This document shows, piece by piece, positions 56,562-64,000 of a DNA stretch of 64,000 bases. The notes beneath the pieces were generated by a model. That model was given only the letters and a program-made list of their open reading frames with translations. It was not told where the DNA came from and made no database searches. The position numbers were made by a program, and so were the translations under genes. The stretch covers positions 45,929 through 109,928 of the forward strand of contig JAKAON010000001.1 of NCBI GenBank assembly GCA_021812185.1. The letters run 5' to 3'. Origin of the DNA: Candidatus Micrarchaeota archaeon. GTDB lineage: Archaea; Micrarchaeota; Micrarchaeia; Micrarchaeales; CABMGC01. How positions within the stretch are numbered: position 1 is the first letter of the stretch; each line of letters starts with the position of its first letter.

Positions 56562-57011
56562 TTTTGGCACATACCCAAACACTTTTCTAAGCCTTTCGAC
56601 TTCTTCTTGCACATCTAGGGGCATATCTCCAGCGCCTTCCATTTGGCGCCGTTTTATCTCTTCGTACAACTGGGCAGTGTCTACTTGATATGTATCGTCC
56701 TTTCCCCTTGGAGTTATGTGCATGTGGATATGGTGTATGGTCATCCCTGAATAATTGCCAACTTGCATTATCAAGTCATATGATTTATCAGTCGCGTACA
56801 TGTCGAGCAATACAGGCAAAGTCTTGTTTAGTGCTCTGAACATGTCTACATACTCTTCCGCAGTAAGTTCGGTTGGGCTCTCAACATGCCTCTTGGGGAT
56901 CACCATAGAATGCCCGGGGACTGCAGGATATTTGTTATATACGACAACCATGTGGTCTGTCTCGTAATATACCTGTTGCATTATCTTTTCGCTGCAAAAC
57001 ACATCCTCCAT
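56553..57011 (-). CDS. HIT-family hydrolase (canonical triad)
   Basis: PAVPGHSMVIPKRH and GMTIHHIHMHITPR. Confidence 0.8.
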   Translation of the reverse strand: MEDVFCSEKIMQQVYYETDHMVVVYNKYPAVPGHSMVIPKRHVESPTELTAEEYVDMFRALNKTLPVLLDMYATDKSYDLIMQVGNYSGMTIHHIHMHITPRGKDDTYQVDTAQLYEEIKRRQMEGAGDMPLDVQEEVERLRKVFGYVPKSK

Positions 57012-57015
57012 GAGA

Positions 57016-58875
57016 TTATCGCCCCTTTCCTTTGACCTTTTGCTTATTTGATGCGGATTGGTTTGCGTCGTATTTGATTATCATGTACAGCAGGCATGCA
57101 AGGATGATTATAAGCACTGCGGCGATCACAATGAGCACAGTGTATATCAGGTTTATTTGGTCTGAGATTGCATTGATTTGGCTTTCTAGATTGCTAAGTG
57201 ATTCCTGAAGCTGTGCATTAGACTGGACAGGAGCATTTATGAATGATGATATTATGTCGTTATTTGCGGCGTTTAGGGAGTTTGCAAGTTTTGCCATGGT
57301 TATGGCGCTTTCAAGATAGTTTTGCGCAGCAGAGGCGTTCTTTGACTCACCTGCCTGATATAGGTAGAATTTTGCCGAAAGTGCAAACTGGGTTGGCCAT
57401 AGTCCGGAAGTTGCGTTTGCGAAGTATTGTGCAATTGTGTTGGAGATTTGCTGAGTGGGTTGGGAGGTGTTGTATTGAAGGCCTTTTCCAGGAGCAAATG
57501 CAGATGCATATGCAGAGTTGTATAGAGATGCCGCATACATCCCTTTGTTGAAATCCTGCTGGGCTGCCTGGGTGTACTGGTTAGTTCCTATTGATTTATC
57601 AACAGATAGGGCATGCTGGGCCTCGGATAGCAGTGCAGGCGATGTTGCAACGTCCGTACCGTTGTTCATGATATATGCAGCCTTGTACATATCGTTTGCC
57701 GCTATGCACCACCCCATTGCAGGTGCAGCCTGCGACACGCTTGCAAGCAGCTGGTCTGAGTCTCCTGAAGAATTGAAAGCAGCAAGAGTGGCATTGATGG
57801 TCTGATTTGCCCATGTCTGCCTGACCTCTCCGCCTATCACCAATTCATAGTTAGCGCTTGTCATTTGCGGAGGAGAAAGTGAATTGCAGTATGAGGATAT
57901 GTTATTTATTGTTGAGTATGCCGAAGTGGCATTAGAATCATTGTGATTTGCCAGCATGAATGCGTTTATATAAATTAAGAATGCCTGATCCGCACTCGTG
58001 TATGTGTAGCCCTTGTTTAGTATGGCAGTGTAATTTTCTAGGGCTCCGGCCATTACGTTCTTTATGCCGGAATATGAGTTGGGCAGATTATTTATTTCGC
58101 TTTGGGTTGAATTGAACATCATTTGTACTATCTGGTTGAAGTACGCACTGCTGCAATTTGTGCATGTGATATTTGAGCTGTTGAGCCCATTAGTATCGTA
58201 CATTGGAAGCTGAGGCACGCCCAAAGGCTGAGGCATCGACTTCGCGTATGCATAAGGTATCGCTTGCGATACGTTGGAGACTTCCACTACCGGAATGCCG
58301 ATTGATTTGTTTATTATGTAGTAGATGTATCCATAGAGTGTGAATGAGCTTCCTGCAAACATAGGAGAAGCAGGGACTATTATGAACCTCATGCCGTTTG
58401 CTTTTGCAGTGCTTGCCTTGTCATACACCCCTCCGACAGGGCCCACTGCGCCGTTTGAAGATATTGTTCCGGTAAGCGTAAAATTATTTTCAAGCTGCCT
58501 GTGCTGGAATGCAGATATTGCAAGGAGCGTGAATGCTAGCCCTGCACTTGGCCCTGAGACATTTGTGCCTATGTCGCTTATTGTGTATGTGAAGTTATAC
58601 ATCGATTCGTTCACGCCTACATATGACGAAGCGTAGTTTACGGCAGTGCGCGCCGAATAAAGAGTGTCGTTGCCCACATATAGCGGACCATTGATTTTTA
58701 CAGCTCCTGTTCCCCCATTTGTTATAGTTAAGTTGAAAACTGTGAGCGTCCCTGAATTCTCGCTCGATATTACTGCAGGCACATGGACATATGATGTTCC
58801 CACTACGCTTGCAAATGAGCATGAGGATAGAATTAATAGAGTAATCACTGAGAAAAGCGTCTTGTTTGGTAGCAT
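57016..58875 (-). CDS. Secreted, C-terminally anchored Lon-type (S16-like) serine protease domain protein
   Basis: Signal peptide. VSGPSAGLAFTLLAIS is the Ser motif and TGTISSNGAVGPVGGVYDKASTAKANGMRFIIVP the Lys motif. A long Ala/Asn/Gln-rich region follows, ending in a C-terminal TM plus basic tail. Confidence 0.65.
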   Translation of the reverse strand: MLPNKTLFSVITLLILSSCSFASVVGTSYVHVPAVISSENSGTLTVFNLTITNGGTGAVKINGPLYVGNDTLYSARTAVNYASSYVGVNESMYNFTYTISDIGTNVSGPSAGLAFTLLAISAFQHRQLENNFTLTGTISSNGAVGPVGGVYDKASTAKANGMRFIIVPASPMFAGSSFTLYGYIYYIINKSIGIPVVEVSNVSQAIPYAYAKSMPQPLGVPQLPMYDTNGLNSSNITCTNCSSAYFNQIVQMMFNSTQSEINNLPNSYSGIKNVMAGALENYTAILNKGYTYTSADQAFLIYINAFMLANHNDSNATSAYSTINNISSYCNSLSPPQMTSANYELVIGGEVRQTWANQTINATLAAFNSSGDSDQLLASVSQAAPAMGWCIAANDMYKAAYIMNNGTDVATSPALLSEAQHALSVDKSIGTNQYTQAAQQDFNKGMYAASLYNSAYASAFAPGKGLQYNTSQPTQQISNTIAQYFANATSGLWPTQFALSAKFYLYQAGESKNASAAQNYLESAITMAKLANSLNAANNDIISSFINAPVQSNAQLQESLSNLESQINAISDQINLIYTVLIVIAAVLIIILACLLYMIIKYDANQSASNKQKVKGKGR

Positions 58876-59039
58876 ATTATCAGTAGTTATTGAGAGTATT
58901 TTTATTTAAATGTATCCTGATAGCCGAAACAAATAAAATGTTTTAATAATGTAACTTTGTGGAGTTTATTTCTATTGTAGCTCGGCTAAAATCTAGTGCG
59001 TCCAATAATGAATTTATGTGAACACAACGTAGGGCAAGC

Positions 59040-59053
59040 CTTAATATTATATA
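59040..59053 (+). promoter_or_regulatory. AT-rich TATA-like box upstream of tRNA-Arg
   Basis: cttaatattatata lies ~20-30 nt before the tRNA 5' end at 59071. Confidence 0.3.
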
Positions 59054-59070
59054 GTTCCAAATCAGTTTAA

Positions 59071-59160
59071 GGGCCTGTAGCTCAGCTTGGATAGAGCGAT
59101 ACCGTCCTAAGGTGGAGGTCACGGGTTCAAAAACATTTATTGAAAATCCCGTCAGGCCCG
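59071..59160 (+). tRNA. tRNA-Arg (anticodon CCU) with 15-nt insertion (putative intron) in the T-loop
   Basis: Hand fold: perfect 7-bp acceptor GGGCCUG/CAGGCCC, D-arm GCUC/GAGC, anticodon loop GUCCUAA, T-stem ACGGG/CCCGU. These enclose 22 nt (UUCAAAAACAUUUAUUGAAAAU) where 7 are expected. Confidence 0.75.
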
Positions 59161-59179
59161 CATGATAAAGAGTGTTAAA

Positions 59180-60250
59180 ATGGCGAAGAAGAAAGAAAGC
59201 GACGTCGATGTTGTTATAAAACCAATAAGCAGGTTTGGAGGGCTGGACAACATACACGTTGCGTTGATGGCGTTAGTGGTTGTGCTGGTGCTGCTTCTCT
59301 TCGTCATCTCAGGATCTAAGACGATAACCATAGTCAATTCTACAAATGTAACGAATAATACAATTACGCATTTAGCAAGCAATTTCACATGCACTATGGG
59401 CAACTGCACGCAGCCGTTGCATAGCATCGCGCAGGTGAAAGGATTTGTTGAGCAAGTGCTTGCAAGCTATAGTTACGTCAACGGATCGGCATCGCTCATA
59501 CCTTATTTCTCGGATATCGGGAATGCGACATACGTGTATGTACCTAAAGACGGAAAATGGTATGTGACAATTCCTGCAATAAGCATATATGACAAAGTAA
59601 GGTTCCAGGAACTGGTTGTTGTATCGGACTCCAATTTGAGCCTTGATTTTGTTACGATTGAGACACAAAAGCCCTCCCATATAGTTAACGATAAGTTAGT
59701 GTCTGAGGGAGTAATAAGCTTGAATAACAAACTAAGCTGCAACACCCAAAACCCTGTTCAGGTCTTCTGGTTCATTGACCCTTATGCTCCAGGCGCTATT
59801 GCAAGCCTGAACAATTTGACAACATTAGAAAACAGGTTCACAAATAAGGTGAATGTCACAATCAAGATATTGTTCGGAGGCGCTACGACCCAAGTCGGAA
59901 ATGAGTATGGACTTGGAAATGCTCAGGAGCTTGGTAGATATTTGTTATGTGCTTCCACACAGCAAAACTTCGGCAGGTTCAGCGAAGCACTTCAATCAGC
60001 TTATGGAGGGCAGTATCTTTCCGAATCCATTCTAAATCCGCTTGCACAAAATTCGGGACTCAACATGTCAGAAATAAATTCATGCATATCAAATTCCACG
60101 CCTCTGCTAAACAGACAGGCCCTTCTTGGCCAGTATTACAACATAACCATTACGCCAGTTGCGATTGTGAACTGTAAATACTTGACCATTCCGCAGACTG
60201 TCCAGGAGGGCGTGTGCTACGACAACTCCAGCATATGCAGTGCAGCGTGA
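59180..60250 (+). CDS. N-terminally anchored extracytoplasmic protein with DsbA-like thioredoxin-fold C-terminal domain lacking CxxC
   Basis: TM helix VALMALVVVLVLLLFVI. The C-terminal VQVFWFIDPYAPGAIAS...ELGRYLLCASTQQNFGRFSEAL...ITITPVAIVNCKYL has a DsbA-like layout. The track ORF starts at 59162, abutting the tRNA. Confidence 0.5.
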   Translation: MAKKKESDVDVVIKPISRFGGLDNIHVALMALVVVLVLLLFVISGSKTITIVNSTNVTNNTITHLASNFTCTMGNCTQPLHSIAQVKGFVEQVLASYSYVNGSASLIPYFSDIGNATYVYVPKDGKWYVTIPAISIYDKVRFQELVVVSDSNLSLDFVTIETQKPSHIVNDKLVSEGVISLNNKLSCNTQNPVQVFWFIDPYAPGAIASLNNLTTLENRFTNKVNVTIKILFGGATTQVGNEYGLGNAQELGRYLLCASTQQNFGRFSEALQSAYGGQYLSESILNPLAQNSGLNMSEINSCISNSTPLLNRQALLGQYYNITITPVAIVNCKYLTIPQTVQEGVCYDNSSICSAA

Positions 60251-60363
60251 CTTGGGATACGATTTTCCTTTGGTTTGAAATCAATGTCATATTTCATTGA
60301 CATTTTGGATATGCAGAGATATTACACAAAATCGCAACTTTTAAGCCTGCATTGAAAATTCAT

Positions 60364-60390
60364 CCGCGATGCGGGCGCGGCTTGTTTTTT
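60364..60390 (+). terminator. GC-rich hairpin followed by T6
   Basis: CCGCG-atgcggg-CGCGG is followed by cttgtttttt, and further T-runs lie downstream. Confidence 0.3.
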
Positions 60391-60413
60391 CGAGCATATT
60401 TTGCTTTTTTTGT

Positions 60414-60875
60414 TTATTTGGAGTTTAGACTTTTGATGGCACTTATCAGTTCTTGAGGATTCTTGTCTGGAGATACGTTCTCAAATATTTTTAACAATGT
60501 GCCGTCCTTTCCGATTAGATACGTGTTTCTAAGCGTCCCCATGCCAAATATCCCTCTGTCCCCGTATGCTCCATACGCCTTTATAGTGGAGTTTGTCGGG
60601 TCTGAAAGCAACAGGAACTCGAGGTTGTATTTGTCCCTGAAACTGCAGTGCGACTCGAAGCTATCCTTGCTTATCCCTACGACTTCCGCACCTATGGCAC
60701 GAAAATCAGAATTGCGCTTGTTGAATGTTTTGGCTTCTATAGTGCAACCTGGAGTATCGTCCTTTGGATAGAAGTAGAGAACTAAGAATTTGCCACTAAA
60801 TTCCTTCAACGTGTGAATCTTCCCGTCGGATCCTTTTAGACTGAAGTTTGGTGCACTGTCGCCTTCCTTTAACAT
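60414..60875 (-). CDS. bcp: Peroxiredoxin, Bcp type
   Basis: LVLYFYPKDDTPGCTIEA, the peroxidatic Cys motif. Confidence 0.85.
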   Translation of the reverse strand: MLKEGDSAPNFSLKGSDGKIHTLKEFSGKFLVLYFYPKDDTPGCTIEAKTFNKRNSDFRAIGAEVVGISKDSFESHCSFRDKYNLEFLLLSDPTNSTIKAYGAYGDRGIFGMGTLRNTYLIGKDGTLLKIFENVSPDKNPQELISAIKSLNSK

Positions 60876-60935
60876 ATTGATACCTTATTGTATTTCGATA
60901 TTAGAGTTTTTATATTTGCATTTTAAGATTCAATC

Positions 60936-61853
60936 ATGAAGTTTAAAGAACTTGGAAAGACAGGGGCACTAATACCCACAATAGGAATGGGAACGTGGAA
61001 GCTTGGAGACGGAGGCCAGGGAGGCACGCTTGCACTTAAAGAGGGTTTTAGGCTCGGGGCGAAATTCGTAGACACTGCAGAGATGTATGGAACTGAGCAT
61101 CTTGTAGGAAAGGCGCTGATTGGAGAGAAAGAAGTATTTGTGGCAACTAAAGTTTCACCGCATCACTTGAGCTACGATGATGTTATAAGATCGTGCGAAA
61201 GGAGCCTAAAAGAGCTTGGCATACGGCAAATAGACCTCTACCAGGTGCACTGGCCCAACAAATCAATACCCATAAAGGAAACGATGCGTGCGATGGAGAG
61301 ACTTGTTGATGAGGGTAAGATAAAATATATTGGCGTCAGCAATTTTGATATCGCCGAATTTGAGGAGGCGCAGGCGGCACTTAGTGCAAATGAGATAGTG
61401 TCGAACCAAGTGGAGTATAGCGTGCTTGTTAGGGATCCTGAAACTTCAGGGCTTTTGGATTATTGCAAGAGCAACAAGATAACACTCATAGCGTACAGTC
61501 CGCTGGTTAGAGGCGCTCTTAGAGACAGGAGATACATGGATTTTGTAAAGATCTTGTCGGAGATAGGAAAAGAGCATGATGCGACGGATAGCCAAATAGC
61601 ACTTAGCTGGCTTTTGTCAAAGGAACAGGTAGTGGCAGTGCCTAAAGCCGGAAGGATCGAGCATATTAGAGAGAATGTCGCATCTGCCGACATCAATCTT
61701 GACGCTGATGAGATAGAGAGGATAGGGAAGGTCGCAATGAGATTTAAGCACAACTCAGTTGCAGGCCCTTTTCATAATATTATGAAGAGGTCGTCATTGC
61801 CCTGGAGCATACATGAAATGCTTCCCGGAAATTGGAAGAAGGGACCGCATTGA
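60936..61853 (+). CDS. Aldo/keto reductase
   Basis: GMGTWKLG, VDTAEMYGTE, DLYQVHWP, IGVSNF. Confidence 0.85.
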   Translation: MKFKELGKTGALIPTIGMGTWKLGDGGQGGTLALKEGFRLGAKFVDTAEMYGTEHLVGKALIGEKEVFVATKVSPHHLSYDDVIRSCERSLKELGIRQIDLYQVHWPNKSIPIKETMRAMERLVDEGKIKYIGVSNFDIAEFEEAQAALSANEIVSNQVEYSVLVRDPETSGLLDYCKSNKITLIAYSPLVRGALRDRRYMDFVKILSEIGKEHDATDSQIALSWLLSKEQVVAVPKAGRIEHIRENVASADINLDADEIERIGKVAMRFKHNSVAGPFHNIMKRSSLPWSIHEMLPGNWKKGPH

Positions 61854-61866
61854 AGTGATAGATATA

Positions 61867-63009
61867 TCAATTGGATATTTCTAGTATCATCGAGTATAAT
61901 TTTGAAAGGTCGTTTAAACTCCTTGCAGACACCCATTCGTTTGAGGCGTGTTCATTGCCTCCGCTCGGACCTATCGTAATGACAGGTATATCGAGGCTAT
62001 TTGCAATTATATTGTCATCGGCAACGGAGCTGGAGTAATTTATTATTGGATTCCCGAAATTTTCCCTTACGATAGCAAGGATTTGTTTGACAATAGAGCT
62101 TTCTTTGCTTGTGACATACGGTTCTATGTATGGCGTTTGGCGCTCTTTTATCCCTATGGAAACTGAAGTTTTTTTGTTTAGCTTGCCGCAAGAGCGCATT
62201 TTTTTAATCAGTTTTTCCATTTGCCTTATGATTTTTTTGGCATTGTTTGGAGGGACGATATGGATATCAAGCTCCATGTGAAGCTTATCTGGAACAGATA
62301 GGCTAGTTGACGCACTCTCTATTTTCCTAATAAACATGCTTTCCTTCCCAAGCTCGCTATGCGCCTCAAATTTCATTCTTTCCAATTGTGATATTATCTT
62401 TACGGCCTCATCTATAGCGCTTATGCCTCTCTCCTTTACTGCACCGTGTGCAGATAACCCGACGATATCCACATTTATGACAACACGCCCGCGCCTTCCC
62501 AACGTGACTACATTTATTCCTCCAACATGCCGCTCTGAACTGCCTGGTTCCAAGGAGATTGCAAATGCAACATCCTCAAACCATTTGAGTTTTTCATCAA
62601 AGACCTTCCATGCACCCAAGGAGATGTTTTCTTCGTCAACGCAAAATAGCAACTTCACATTATTGTCTTTTCCATGATCTTCTAGTGCTGCTATTAAAGA
62701 AGCTATGCCACCCTTCATATCGCTGCTCCCTATTCCCACTAGTCTATCGCCTGCGCCAGTAAGCACAAATGGATTTGATTTCCAGCTCCCGTATACTGGG
62801 ACGGTGTCCATATGACCGTAGAATAGAATTGATTTTTTCCCAGCTCCCCGCTGCGCAAGGAGATTGAATCTCTTATTTGACACATAGTGCCTTTGTGTCT
62901 TGAAGCCAATTCTTGCAAGTTCTTTCTCTAAGAAGAGAGCCAATTTTCCTTCGTTTGGAAAGACGGAGTTTATTGCCACTAGCTTCCCCAAAATTTCTTG
63001 TGCTGCCAT
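61867..63009 (-). CDS. M20-family metallopeptidase/deacylase (ArgE/DapE-like)
   Basis: LFYGHMDTVP, SSDMKGG, VDEENIS, and a C-terminal GPSGGNEHASNEWV. Confidence 0.8.
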   Translation of the reverse strand: MAAQEILGKLVAINSVFPNEGKLALFLEKELARIGFKTQRHYVSNKRFNLLAQRGAGKKSILFYGHMDTVPVYGSWKSNPFVLTGAGDRLVGIGSSDMKGGIASLIAALEDHGKDNNVKLLFCVDEENISLGAWKVFDEKLKWFEDVAFAISLEPGSSERHVGGINVVTLGRRGRVVINVDIVGLSAHGAVKERGISAIDEAVKIISQLERMKFEAHSELGKESMFIRKIESASTSLSVPDKLHMELDIHIVPPNNAKKIIRQMEKLIKKMRSCGKLNKKTSVSIGIKERQTPYIEPYVTSKESSIVKQILAIVRENFGNPIINYSSSVADDNIIANSLDIPVITIGPSGGNEHASNEWVSARSLNDLSKLYSMILEISN

Positions 63010-63018
63010 TAAAACACT

Positions 63019-64000
63019 TTATTGTATGCCAAAGTGATTGGATATCTTTAATGTATCTTCCTTATTTAGATATGTCACTGCAAGGCTCTTTGCGCTGTTA
63101 CCTATTATGGCGTGCTCGGGAAGAATCCCGGCAAACCTCCTTCCTTGCCTCGCAGCGCTCTTTAATACTGCAACCTCGTCAAGATTAGATTCCCCATAGA
63201 TAAGGTCTATTTGATTATTGTCCCGTATCAGGTTTAGTATTTCGTGGGTTGATATTAGAAAATACATGTTGTTGCCACGGTGTTCTGGGATTACGAATGC
63301 GTCTGTGAGTTCTGCAACGTGTATGTCCTCTCCATTATCTAGAGTTATGCGCCTGCGCTCTGCCACCCCTAGTCCGATTAAGTCATCACCCTTGTATGCT
63401 CCTACTATCAGATTGTCTTGATTTTGTATTATGGAATCGGATTCGCTAGAGTCATAGCCGAAAATAGCTAGAAGAGATATTATTCTTTGGTATTCGTGCA
63501 AGACGTTGCTTGCACTTATTTCATTTACGACATATCCGTTCGCCTTTGCCTGCGCAGTTTCCATGTCGAAGAATAATTTGAATGCATGTGCATCTTTCAT
63601 GTTGCACCACGTATCTTGTATGACCTGCGAATAGGCATTTGCTATTTCATCATACGATCTTGTAGAGCGGCCATTTGAGTTGGAACCAGCGTAGATTAAA
63701 TCATATCCGCAATTTAGCGCTATGTTTGCTTCTATGTTTACCGCCTTTGAAATGCAATCCCTTGCATTATCGCCAAATTCTTTCTCCACTATGGCCCTCA
63801 CACTAAGGCGGGTGGGGCACTTGGATACGCTGTCTCCTTGGCTTTGGTTCATCCGTGAGATGCCGCTTTGTACTATGTCGTTGAATAAAGATGTGCTCTC
63901 ACTGTCACGTATTACTCTTGTTATGAAACCCTTGAGACGATTTGCGCTTGCAGGAGCGATGTGCCCTACTGCGCCTATGCTTCCGCTTGCATACCTATCG
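63019..64000 (-). CDS. Hypothetical protein with GNAT-like C-terminal region; reading frame stays open to the right window edge
   Basis: VAELTDAFVIPEHRGNNMYFLI resembles GNAT motif A. The frame upstream of Met 63852 has no stop through 63999 (hand check), so the true start may lie outside the window. Confidence 0.45.
   Translation of the reverse strand, partial: DRYASGSIGAVGHIAPASANRLKGFITRVIRDSESTSLFNDIVQSGISRMNQSQGDSVSKCPTRLSVRAIVEKEFGDNARDCISKAVNIEANIALNCGYDLIYAGSNSNGRSTRSYDEIANAYSQVIQDTWCNMKDAHAFKLFFDMETAQAKANGYVVNEISASNVLHEYQRIISLLAIFGYDSSESDSIIQNQDNLIVGAYKGDDLIGLGVAERRRITLDNGEDIHVAELTDAFVIPEHRGNNMYFLISTHEILNLIRDNNQIDLIYGESNLDEVAVLKSAARQGRRFAGILPEHAIIGNSAKSLAVTYLNKEDTLKISNHFGIQ

Noticed and set aside
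1-64000. Looked for CRISPR arrays, long direct or inverted repeats, IS/transposase, integrase, reverse transcriptase, toxin-antitoxin pairs and rRNA.
   Set aside because: No regularly spaced repeats were seen, and no ORF carries DDE, tyrosine/serine-recombinase, RT or Cas motifs. The only repeats noticed are the 21-bp tandem at 36767-36804 and the 30-bp promoter element pair. Visual scanning cannot exclude short or degenerate repeats.

Overview
Gene-dense archaeal chromosomal window (about 70 genes, intergenic gaps 220 bp or less). Archaeal identity rests on TFB, family-B DNA polymerase, FEN-1, aMBF1, Alba, Sec61-beta, a DGGGP-synthase-like UbiA protein, archaeal-type ThrRS (with editing domain) and PheRS alpha/beta. 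Most of the window is housekeeping: thrS, argS, asnS, pheST, polB-map, fen, dcd, endonuclease Q, agmatinase and P5C dehydrogenase. There are two tRNAs: tRNA-Thr(GGU), and tRNA-Arg(CCU) carrying a 15-nt insertion in the T-loop. I found no rRNA, CRISPR array, transposase, integrase or reverse transcriptase. Several genes look leaderless, with a TATA-like box (recurrent aaagtatatat) about 25-30 nt before the start codon. Two glutamic (G1/eqolisin-like) peptidases and many N-x-S/T-rich, C-terminally anchored surface proteins suggest an acidophilic, S-layer-poor lineage (Thermoplasmata- or DPANN/Micrarchaeota-like). That placement is inference only. Nothing here is demonstrably a new system from sequence alone. 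The best candidates for follow-up are: (1) two paralogous unknown proteins, each behind a duplicated bidirectional promoter element, one paired with an AbrB-PhoU regulator (11.5-14.7 kb). (2) A surface-glycan cluster of GH130, surface protein, GT-C, carbamoyltransferase, NDP-sugar synthase and radical SAM enzyme (16.9-24.2 kb). (3) A prenylquinone tail-end module with no head-group genes in view (46.5-51.1 kb). (4) The T-loop intron tRNA. (5) A convergent G1-peptidase pair. (6) An RHH-nucleotidyltransferase fusion with a degenerate active-site loop. (7) TFB with a roughly 100-aa lysine-rich N-terminal tail. All domain calls come from motif recognition by eye; no database search was run.
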